A stretch of 64,000 nt of DNA from Actinomycetaceae bacterium (lineage in GTDB: Bacteria; Actinomycetota; Actinomycetes; Actinomycetales; Actinomycetaceae). The translations under genes were made by a program, and so were the position numbers. The stretch covers positions 2,871 through 66,870 of the forward strand of contig JAUMZK010000010.1 in the NCBI GenBank assembly GCA_030528145.1, written 5' to 3'. The notes below the pieces were generated by a model. The model was not told where the DNA came from. It saw only the letters and a program-made list of their open reading frames with translations, and searched no databases. Positions 37,042 through 45,270 of this stretch are shown in pieces (positions within the stretch are counted from its first letter, which is position 1; every line of letters begins with the position of its first letter).

Positions 37042-37157
37042 AGCCTTTCACCACTGTCGCAAGCTAGTCCGCAACGCGCGCAGGCGTCCTCAGGACCCCT
37101 CCAGGGCGGACATGACGCTTACGACAACAGGTTTCTGGCACAAATGTGCGTAGCGCC

Positions 37158-39869
37158 CTATTCGTCTCTGCCGATTTCCTTTTGGGCTACTGCACGACCG
37201 GCTTCCAAACGAGCCACGGGCACGCGGAACGGCGAACAAGACACATAAGTCATGCCCAATTCCTCGAAGAAGTGAACGGATTCTGGGTCACCGCCGTGTT
37301 CGCCACAAACGCCCAGTTTCATGTTTGGCTTGGTTTGGCGGGCGTTTTCGACACCCAGTTTCACCATGCGCCCAACACCATGCACGTCAATGGTCTCGAA
37401 TGGAGAAACACCGAAAATACCGTTCTCGATGTAGTCGGGGAAGAACACGCCTTCCACGTCGTCACGGCTAAAGCCCCACGTGGTTTGGGTCAAGTCGTTG
37501 GTGCCAAAGCTAAAGAAGTCAGCCTCTTCAGCCAAATGCTCGGCAGTGACGGCGGCGCGCGGCAATTCGATCATGCAGCCGATTGGAATATTCAGGCTGA
37601 CGCCCTCTTCTTTTTCGATTTGAGCAATAATATCTTCGGCAACTTCGCGCACCAATTGCAGTTCACGGATGGAACCCACCAGCGGGACCATGATTTCAGG
37701 GTGCGCTTCCGTGCCCTCCTTTTGCAGGCGGGCAGCCGCCCGCACGAGGGCACGAATCTGCAGTTCGAACAGCCCCTTGAAGACGATTCCCAGACGCACG
37801 CCACGCAGGCCCAGCATGGGGTTAGCCTCGTGCATCTTGCGGACTTGCGCCAACATTTGCTTGTCCTCGGCGCACTCTTCACCCTTGGCTTCGGCAACTG
37901 CCACCTTGACTTCCAAAGAAGTGAGATCCGGCAGGAATTCGTGCAGCGGCGGGTCGATGAGGCGCACAGTCATCGGCTTGCCCCCAAGGATGGGCAGCAT
38001 TTGTTCGAAGTCGCCCATTTGCAGTTCTTCGAGCTTGTCGAAGGCTTCTTGGCGCGCATCAGAACCCGGTTCGGACAAAATCAGGCGTTCCACAAGGACG
38101 CGGCGTTCACCGAGGAACATGTGCTCGGTACGGGTCAAACCAATACCTTCAGCACCAAACGCGATGGAGCGTTCGGCATCTTGCGGGGTGTCCGCGTTAG
38201 CACGCACAGACAGGCGGCGACGCTTGTCGGCGTGGTCCACTAGATCCGCAACAGCTTTCACCAATTCCTTCATGTCCTCGGTCTGCGCAGCCTCCAAACC
38301 GGCTTCCAGACCGTGAGTCAGGAACGTCGTAACGGGAGAATCCGCAACCGGGACTTCGCCCTCGAAAATTTCCCCCGTAGTGCCGTCAATAGCAATGATG
38401 TCGCCGGTCTTGAACACGCGACCATCAACGCGCAGTTCGCGCGCCTGCGCGTCCACATCGAGGGCTTCGGCGCCACAAACACAGGTCTTGCCCATGCCGC
38501 GGGCAACCACAGCGGCGTGCGAGGTCTTGCCCCCGCGCGCAGTCAAAACGCCTTCGGCGTCGACCATCCCCGGCAGGTCATCTGGGTTAGTTTCGCGGCG
38601 CACCAAAATGCAGGGTTTGCCAGCTTCCTTGAATTCGCGGGCTTGAGCGTTATCAAACACCACGCCCCCCACGGCCGCACCCGGAGACGCAGCCATGCCA
38701 CGCGCCACCAACGGTGGATTCGCCGAGGAATCAAATTGCGGGAACATCAGCTGGGTCAGTTGCGCGCCAGTTACGCGCAGCAGCGCTTCGTCCTTAGTGA
38801 TGAGTCGTTCTTCGAACAACTGGGTAGCAATACGGAAAGCCGCTGCCGCAGTACGCTTACCCACGCGGGTTTGCAGCATCCACAGTTTGCCACGTTCAAT
38901 CGTGAACTCGATATCGCACATGTCCTTGTAGTGCGTTTCCAGCTTGCGCATGATCGCGCGCAGTTCGTCGTAAGACTTCTTGTCTTGGGTTTCTAGGGCG
39001 GACAGCGGTTCCGTATTGCGAATGCCTGCCACAACGTCCTCGCCCTGAGCGTTCATCAAGTAGTCGCCGTACACGCCAGCGTGCCCGGTGGAAGGGTCGC
39101 GAGTGAAGCACACGCCCGTACCGGAGGTATCGCCCATGTTGCCAAACACCATGGTTTGGACGTTCACAGCAGTACCCAAAGTGTTAGGGATCTTTTCGCG
39201 GCGACGGTAGATGACGGCGCGTTCGGTGTTCCAGCTGCGGAACACGGCTTCAATGGCGGCATCCAGTTGGTCGCGCGGATCCTGCGGGAAGGGGCTGCCG
39301 ATTTCCTTTTCGTAAATGCCCTTGAACGTTTCGGTGAGTTCGCGCAGGTCATCAGCGTTCAGGTCGGTATCAGCGGTAACTGCGCGTTTCGCCTTAAGGG
39401 CGTCGTGGGCGTTCAGGAACAGGTCCCCATCAATGTCCATAACCGTCTTGCCGAACATTTGGATGAGACGACGGTAGGAGTCCCACGCGAAACGTTCGTT
39501 GCCAGACATTTTCGCCAGACCGTGTACCGATTGGTCATTCAGACCAACGTTCAAAACGGTTTCCATCATGCCGGGCATGGAGAACTTCGCGCCCGAACGT
39601 ACGGAAACGAGTAGCGGATCTTCGGCGTCACCGAGTTTGCGTCCGATCTTGTCTTCGACTTCGCGCAGCTTCTGAGTGACCTCCGGAGCCAGGCTTTCCG
39701 GAGTTTGCCCCTTCTTCAAGTACGCCCGGCAGGCGTCCGTGCTAATAGTGAAGCCCGGAGGAACCGGCAACCCCAACTTTGTCATTTCTGCCAGGTTGGC
39801 ACCCTTACCACCCAGCAAGTCCTTCATTTCTTTATCGCCTTCAGAGAAGTCGTAAACATACTTGACCAT
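37158..39869 (-). CDS. ppdK: Pyruvate, phosphate dikinase
   Basis: The sequence starts MVKYVYDFSEGDKEMKDLLGGKGANLAEM and includes the phosphohistidine region GGKTSHAAVVARGMG and a PEP-utilising C-terminal domain. The ATG at 39869 has a GGAAGG RBS. Confidence 0.95.
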   Translation of the reverse strand: MVKYVYDFSEGDKEMKDLLGGKGANLAEMTKLGLPVPPGFTISTDACRAYLKKGQTPESLAPEVTQKLREVEDKIGRKLGDAEDPLLVSVRSGAKFSMPGMMETVLNVGLNDQSVHGLAKMSGNERFAWDSYRRLIQMFGKTVMDIDGDLFLNAHDALKAKRAVTADTDLNADDLRELTETFKGIYEKEIGSPFPQDPRDQLDAAIEAVFRSWNTERAVIYRRREKIPNTLGTAVNVQTMVFGNMGDTSGTGVCFTRDPSTGHAGVYGDYLMNAQGEDVVAGIRNTEPLSALETQDKKSYDELRAIMRKLETHYKDMCDIEFTIERGKLWMLQTRVGKRTAAAAFRIATQLFEERLITKDEALLRVTGAQLTQLMFPQFDSSANPPLVARGMAASPGAAVGGVVFDNAQAREFKEAGKPCILVRRETNPDDLPGMVDAEGVLTARGGKTSHAAVVARGMGKTCVCGAEALDVDAQARELRVDGRVFKTGDIIAIDGTTGEIFEGEVPVADSPVTTFLTHGLEAGLEAAQTEDMKELVKAVADLVDHADKRRRLSVRANADTPQDAERSIAFGAEGIGLTRTEHMFLGERRVLVERLILSEPGSDARQEAFDKLEELQMGDFEQMLPILGGKPMTVRLIDPPLHEFLPDLTSLEVKVAVAEAKGEECAEDKQMLAQVRKMHEANPMLGLRGVRLGIVFKGLFELQIRALVRAAARLQKEGTEAHPEIMVPLVGSIRELQLVREVAEDIIAQIEKEEGVSLNIPIGCMIELPRAAVTAEHLAEEADFFSFGTNDLTQTTWGFSRDDVEGVFFPDYIENGIFGVSPFETIDVHGVGRMVKLGVENARQTKPNMKLGVCGEHGGDPESVHFFEELGMTYVSCSPFRVPVARLEAGRAVAQKEIGRDE

Positions 39870-40313
39870 GTATCGGCCTTCCATTCAGATTGCGGCATCC
39901 GTGCCCTGACGGCATCCGTGCCCTAAACGCGTCTAATCATACCAAAGCTCTTTAAGACACATCACATTAGCTTGCCAAGGGTCTTATGGGTACGTTCACG
40001 TATTCCGAGGACAAAATTCTTGCGCAATCCTCCACACTTCAAGTCTATCGTCGCACCGTAACGCCAACCGAGCGCGCTTACGTTTTCCCTGAGGGCGAAA
40101 AGTTGAGGCACAACTTCCGGGGAGGACACCACCTTCCAACCGGTCAGAAAGTGGTGCGATTATCACTGGGGAGTGGGCGGCAGATGATAGTGGGATTCGG
40201 TCGCTGGTGTGACTAGGGGAGGGTGATGTAGGGAAGGAGGGTGGGTGCGGGGGCTGGGCTGGCAGTCAGACTATCAATCCGATACTAGGTACAGCTGAAG
40301 TAAAGATCGTTTC

Positions 40314-40392
40314 GGGGGTTGCGTTCAGGGTTTGGGGCGGGGTGCGGGCGGTTCGGCGGGCATTGAGACGGACCACCAGTGCGGCTCACGGG
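40314..40392 (-). repeat. Copy A (inverted orientation) of an approximately 83-bp intergenic repeat
   Basis: The reverse complement reads cccgtgagccgcactggtggtccgtctcaatgcccgccgaaccgcccgcaccccgccccaaaccctgaacgcaaccccc. It aligns with copies at 42181 and 48682. Confidence 0.8.
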
Positions 40393-40535
40393 CACCGCGC
40401 CCGACCCAAACCCACCGCTACTCTTCACCGGCAACAAAACCATTCGCACTCAACAAAATCGTTTCACCTCAACAAACGCGCCTATTTGCCCAATAGTAGC
40501 CGTGAAGTGTTTCCCGTGAAACGCTCACGGGTAGT

Positions 40536-42155
40536 ATGCGACACAATTTTTCGCCTGCGAGGCGCCGCCACGCAAACTGCCTGAGTCACGCGCACCGCGA
40601 CTCTTCCGCCACTGAACCCACCGCCCTCGGAAAATCCGCGTATCTGCACCAAAGCCCGCAAGCCAGCGCGGCAACACTACTGTGGAATCGTTCCGCTAGG
40701 GTTCCTAATTCAGCGAATATGGGTAAGCTTGATTTATGCCGTCTTTTCCCCAGTTCCCCTCCCGGCGAATGCGCAGCCAGCCCTGTGCACGCGCGCGGAT
40801 CGAACAGCGGAAACGAAAACCCGGACCTAAACCCGAAAAGCGAAGCATTTGCGCAGGTAACGGCGGTAGGCTCGGCGGGCGTATCGGATACGAGTCACCA
40901 ATTTACAGCCACCGAAAAACACCAACTGCAAGGCGGCAAACACTTCGCCGCCCACCCGCACCACAACCACGACCATCACGGCTTCCGCGCCTCTAACGAC
41001 CGGCACGCGAGTTCACGACAGGACACCCGCCAAACTGTCCAAACTGCCCAGACTGCGCAAACAATGCAAAACTCTCAAGCGCGCTACCCCCAAAGTTTTC
41101 GCGTCGAACGCACCGCTGCCCCTCGGGTTCACAGCCACCGCCGCGACCGCCGCCCTCACCCAGCTTGGGAATGGTTGGCGGCATGCAGGAGCGACTGGCA
41201 GGCTCGCCCGCGCCGCGTCGGACGCCACGTATTCGTAGACCCGCGCACCGGACAGCGTTTTCGCCTGCGCATGCGTTGGGGGCGCGTAGTTGCCACCGCA
41301 ATCGCACTGCTGTTGGTGTTCGTGGTTACCGGAGTGGGCATGCACGCACTCGTTTCTGGGATGGCAGAATCCGCGCAAGCCAGTGGGACTACCGGGGTGT
41401 CGTCCTCGGGAAAAACCAACAAAACGGGCAGTCGGGTTAGTAAGATGCGCACAGGAAACGCGCGCAAAGGGGGTTCCAAGTCCGAGGGCGCCACGAAAGC
41501 CGCAGTGAAAATGCCAAGTACCAGCCCAGTTCCCTCAGCTCCTTTGGTGCCAAAGCCAGAATTAGATGGGGAAACCGCACCATCAGGCGGATTGGATGGC
41601 GCAGTCCCGGAGGCGGGAGACGGCAAGTTCGCTCCGGTGTCTGGGGAATTGTCCGGCAGGGAGGGTGCGCAGACGGTTCGCTTCGCGGTGGCAGTCGAGG
41701 GCGGTTTGCCCATTGATGCGCGCACTGCGGCAAACACTTTCTACCAGATTTTGAACGATCCGCGCGGGTGGAACCAGGGCGGAAAGATTCGCTTTGCACG
41801 CACCTCGAAGAACCCGGACGTGACCGTGGTGTTGGGGTCGCCGACTCTGATTGGGAAACTGTGTGCGCCCCTGGACACGCAGGGGGATTTGAATTGCCGC
41901 AACGGCAAGATTGTGGCGATCAACGCGAAACGGTGGTTGGGAGGCGCGGATTTGTGGCGGCAGGCCGGAAAAACTAACGACCAGTACCGTATTTATGTGG
42001 CTTCGCACGAAGTCGGACATTTCCTAGGGTACGGGCACCTTTACGAGTGCGGTCCGGGACGCCTGGCACCCACCATGATGCAGCAGACCGGCGGCATGGT
42101 CAACCAGTGCATCCCGAACGGCTGGCCAACACTGTCCACCATCGAACAAAAGTAA
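40536..42155 (+). CDS. DUF3152-family membrane-anchored zinc-metalloprotease-like protein (HExxH intact)
   Basis: The C-terminal domain reads FYQILNDPRGWNQGGKIRFAR ... YRIYVASHEVGHFLGYGH. One TM segment is present (VVATAIALLLVFVVTGVGM). The start codon is uncertain because the N-terminus is long and disordered. Confidence 0.65.
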   Translation: MRHNFSPARRRHANCLSHAHRDSSATEPTALGKSAYLHQSPQASAATLLWNRSARVPNSANMGKLDLCRLFPSSPPGECAASPVHARGSNSGNENPDLNPKSEAFAQVTAVGSAGVSDTSHQFTATEKHQLQGGKHFAAHPHHNHDHHGFRASNDRHASSRQDTRQTVQTAQTAQTMQNSQARYPQSFRVERTAAPRVHSHRRDRRPHPAWEWLAACRSDWQARPRRVGRHVFVDPRTGQRFRLRMRWGRVVATAIALLLVFVVTGVGMHALVSGMAESAQASGTTGVSSSGKTNKTGSRVSKMRTGNARKGGSKSEGATKAAVKMPSTSPVPSAPLVPKPELDGETAPSGGLDGAVPEAGDGKFAPVSGELSGREGAQTVRFAVAVEGGLPIDARTAANTFYQILNDPRGWNQGGKIRFARTSKNPDVTVVLGSPTLIGKLCAPLDTQGDLNCRNGKIVAINAKRWLGGADLWRQAGKTNDQYRIYVASHEVGHFLGYGHLYECGPGRLAPTMMQQTGGMVNQCIPNGWPTLSTIEQK

Positions 42156-42180
42156 GAGCGCGGCGGGTGCGGGTGCGGTT

Positions 42181-42263
42181 CCCGTGAGCCGGACTTTCAG
42201 TGCGACTCAATGCCCGCCGAACCGCCCGCACTCCGCCCCAAACCCCAAACGCAACCCCAAAAC
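42181..42263 (+). repeat. Copy B of the approximately 83-bp intergenic repeat
   Basis: The sequence is cccgtgagccggactttcagtgcgactcaatgcccgccgaaccgcccgcactccgccccaaaccccaaacgcaaccccaaaac. It differs from copy C at 3 positions by my alignment and is followed by a C8A8 homopolymer pair (42280-42295). Confidence 0.85.
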
Positions 42264-42353
42264 TGCGACCCGACCACCGCCCCCCCCAAAAAAAACACAG
42301 CCGAAGAAGCCGTAGCGGCGGTGCGGCGGTCGCCCTATTTCCTCTGTTTGCAG

Positions 42354-42806
42354 CTACTTTTTTGGGGTGGCTTGCTGGTCGCCCTCGGCATAATTGACAC
42401 TGTCGATGCTTTCAACTTGGTGCAAAAAGTTGCCAAACTTGTCCTCGTCCAGAGCCGGACTCAGCTCAACCGAAACGGTAGTGTCAGACAAGCCTTGAAC
42501 GGCTTCAATACTGGCAGTGGATTCTTTTGCCGCTTTTTCGAGGGCGGTGCGAACCGACTCTGGCAGCGTGTTCAAAGTGACGTTGTCGGCGCTTTTCAAA
42601 GCTTTCACAGCTTCCGACTTCTCCTCGAAGCCGACGATTGCTACTTTATTCATGTTATGTCCGTGGTTAGGTGCTGGTTTCTTTTTGGCACTGTCAGAAA
42701 TACTGGGCGAGGGCGCCGTGGAACCTTGGTGTGTCAGAGCGCCGCACCCACCAAGTAACGCTAAAGATACCGATACTGCTGACAAAACTAATAACTTACG
42801 AGGCAT
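42354..42806 (-). CDS. Small lipoprotein of unknown function (possible free-standing subtilase-propeptide/I9-like domain)
   Basis: MPRKLLVLSAVSVSLALLGGCG is a lipobox, and GGAGGA precedes the ATG at 42806. It lies directly downstream of, and co-directional with, the S8 protease. Confidence 0.6.
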   Translation of the reverse strand: MPRKLLVLSAVSVSLALLGGCGALTHQGSTAPSPSISDSAKKKPAPNHGHNMNKVAIVGFEEKSEAVKALKSADNVTLNTLPESVRTALEKAAKESTASIEAVQGLSDTTVSVELSPALDEDKFGNFLHQVESIDSVNYAEGDQQATPKK

Positions 42807-42948
42807 GGTTTCCTCCAACCTTGTTTTTGTGTCAGTATCTGCTGCACTGACTTTTCAATTTATGCAATTTTCGGGTGTGGTGGCAACTGTCCCATTACCA
42901 CCACACCCCTACAAGGAGAGCTTTTCTGCGGTAAAAACAGTTCCGAGT

Positions 42949-44706
42949 TTAGCGGAACCACCAACCACCGAAGAAACCGAAGAAGTAATCAAACCAGTCA
43001 TTCCAATTCCAGTTCCAGTCCCAAATTGGCGCCGGTTCGGGTCTTGGTGCAGGTTCCGGTGCTGGCGGTGGTACCGGCGCCTGGTGTCCGTCGCCAGGAT
43101 CCGGGGTCGGGGTCGGTGTGGGCTTCGGTGTCGGGGCAGGCTTGCCGTTACCTGGATCCGGAGTGGGCTTTGGCGCAGGTGTCGGCGCAGGCTCCGGTTT
43201 TGGCGCAGGCTCCGGCTTTGGCGCGGGCGGATTGTCGTTGTCGTCATTACCTGGGTGGCGACCAATCTGTTTCGCCAATGCGTCAGTGGCGGCGCCAGCG
43301 TCCAAAATACCCGGACCGCACATTCCACGACCGGCAAAGCAGCGTCCCATCGGTTGCAGGTTCGACACTAGGAGGCGTTGCACGTCTGCAGGTTGCAGCG
43401 ACGATTTCATGCTGTACAGCAGCGCGGCTGCGCCCGCAACGTGCGGGGTGGCCATAGAAGTTCCCTGATATTCTGCATATCCTGGCCTGGCAGGACCACG
43501 GCGACCAGTGTTAACGGTGGAGAGGATGCCACGGTTGCGGCTGGTGTCGCCGCCTTGTGCGGACAGGGTGATGCCGCTCCCCCAGTTCGAGTACGATGCT
43601 TGCGCACCATCAGCACCCACAGCACCTACACGAATAACATTTTTGCAGTTCGCAGGCGTAGAGTAGGCAACCTCTTGGCGTTCGTTACCGGCGGCAACAA
43701 GCACGGTTACGCCACGGGCTACCGCGCCGTCAATGGCTTCCTGGTAGGAGCGCGGGCAAGAAGGCGAGTAGCCGCCCAGGCTCATGTTGATAACTTTCGC
43801 CGGGTTGGGGTTGTCGGGAACACCGGGGACGTTACCACCGGAGGCCCATACGATACCTGCCACAATGTCAGAGCTGCGACCACCACACTTGCCCAGGGCG
43901 CGCACTGGCGAAATCTTGGATTGGGGAGCAATACCAGCTACGCCCTCACCATTGTTGGTAACAGCAGCGATTTCACCGGCAACGTGTGTGCCGTGCCAAG
44001 AAGCGTTCTTTGCGCTAGAACCCTGCCCGCATTCACCGGCGTAGGTCCAGTCGCCCTCGTCCCGAGGGTCCGGGTCGCGACCGTCACGGTCCCCACTGGT
44101 GCGCGGGTCCGAAATGAAGTCGTAGCCTTTGGCGATGTTGCGGTCCAGATCCGGGTGCGCGGTAATACCAGTGTCTATGACGGCTACGGTGACACCGGCA
44201 CCTTTGCCATTTCGCCACGCGTGTTCTGCCCGCAGACCGGGCGCCTTTTCGCCCAGGTCCCACTGTTCTCTGTACCGGGAGTCGTTCGGGGCGGCAGTGT
44301 GGTGCACTATCAGGTCTGGTTCGACGTAGTCGACTGCCGAATCGGCTTCCAGTTTCTTTTTAAATTCTTTCGCTTCGTTCTTCGTCAGCGGTTCGTCCAG
44401 TTGGACGCGCTCTGTTCCGAGGGCGCCACGGGATTTGCTGACCACTTTCGCGTCTACTTTTTTCGCAGCATTTTCGACAGCACTGGCGGCTTGACGTACG
44501 GTTTTCGTGGAAACGGTGCCGCCGTCCTCTTTGTATTTAACAATGAAAGCTTGCGTTTCCTGAGCTTTTGGTCCGGTTTCGGCTTTATTTTGCGCAAATG
44601 ACGGTACGGTAGTCATTCCGAACATCACTGCTAACGCGGTTGCGGTGAATATCAGTTTTTGTGGCTTCACCTTGAACCCTTTCATCTTACGGTTGTTGCG
44701 GTGCAA
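42949..44706 (-). CDS. Secreted S8 (subtilisin-like) serine protease with an I9 propeptide, a Pro-rich stalk and a Trp/Phe-rich C-terminal tail
   Basis: It has a signal peptide and the catalytic triad motifs VAVIDTGI (Asp), WHGTHVAG (His) and GTSMATPHVAG (Ser). A (PAPKPE)n-like stalk follows, and the C-terminus is WDWNWNWNDWFDYFFGFFGGWWFR. Confidence 0.9.
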   Translation of the reverse strand: MHRNNRKMKGFKVKPQKLIFTATALAVMFGMTTVPSFAQNKAETGPKAQETQAFIVKYKEDGGTVSTKTVRQAASAVENAAKKVDAKVVSKSRGALGTERVQLDEPLTKNEAKEFKKKLEADSAVDYVEPDLIVHHTAAPNDSRYREQWDLGEKAPGLRAEHAWRNGKGAGVTVAVIDTGITAHPDLDRNIAKGYDFISDPRTSGDRDGRDPDPRDEGDWTYAGECGQGSSAKNASWHGTHVAGEIAAVTNNGEGVAGIAPQSKISPVRALGKCGGRSSDIVAGIVWASGGNVPGVPDNPNPAKVINMSLGGYSPSCPRSYQEAIDGAVARGVTVLVAAGNERQEVAYSTPANCKNVIRVGAVGADGAQASYSNWGSGITLSAQGGDTSRNRGILSTVNTGRRGPARPGYAEYQGTSMATPHVAGAAALLYSMKSSLQPADVQRLLVSNLQPMGRCFAGRGMCGPGILDAGAATDALAKQIGRHPGNDDNDNPPAPKPEPAPKPEPAPTPAPKPTPDPGNGKPAPTPKPTPTPTPDPGDGHQAPVPPPAPEPAPRPEPAPIWDWNWNWNDWFDYFFGFFGGWWFR

Positions 44707-45233
44707 GCACAGAGATTCTGCAACGAGCGCTGCGGTTTAGCCGGCGAGGACTGTTTGCTGTTTCCTGCACGCCCGGCGCGCCGACGTGGCGGGCACTGGC
44801 GCAGTTTCGGCTGGGCGTTTCGGGGGCGGCGACTATTTTGCAGCTTTCCTCCTTCCGCCTTTGACCGTCCCGTTGCAGAGTTCATGCACACTTGCTAGAT
44901 GTAGCCTGGCACATTAAAACGGTTTTTTACAGCTGTAATCAATATTTGATACACCGCATACTTGTGCAGATTATTACATTTTCGAGGACGCCCACCCCGG
45001 CTTTTCCTTTGCAATACAGCCACTACTGGGAAAGATAACAATATTCTAACAATGGTTAATATTTGCATAAAACTATTCCAGGTTAGTCCCAGTTATTTCC
45101 CGGTGAAAATTTCGGTTGATGGACTGTAATTGAATTATTTAGGTAACTCCTTGCGCCCATTTGCGGCATTTTCAGCTAACCTCCATGAAACGCAAGACGG
45201 CGGACACGACCATCACTACTGTGGGTACGCAAA

Positions 45234-45253
45234 GGGGCGGGTCACCCCGCCCC
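45234..45253 (-). terminator. Terminator hairpin after clpC
   Basis: GGGGCGGG tcac CCCGCCCC forms an 8-bp GC stem about 18 nt after the clpC stop. TTTGCG follows on the minus strand. Confidence 0.6.
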
Positions 45254-45270
45254 TGAATGTTACCCACCGT

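Noticed and set aside
37146-38996. Long plus-strand ORFs (365 aa at 37146-38243; 215 and 227 aa further on) opposite ppdK
   Set aside because: The minus-strand product is an unmistakable pyruvate phosphate dikinase over its full length. The plus-strand ORFs are stop-poor shadow frames typical of GC-rich coding DNA, with no motifs or RBS.
39986-40216. 76-aa plus-strand ORF upstream of the G-rich region
   Set aside because: It has no RBS and no recognisable motif, and it lies in a promoter-like intergenic region. Support is not sufficient to call a gene.
43030-43275. Tandem ggctccggttttggcgcagg-type DNA repeats, considered as a non-coding repeat array
   Set aside because: They encode the (PAPKPE)n Pro-rich stalk of the S8 protease on the minus strand.
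42517-44601. 284-aa and 407-aa plus-strand ORFs opposite the S8 protease and lipoprotein genes
   Set aside because: The catalytic triad motifs are on the minus strand. The plus-strand frames are shadows.
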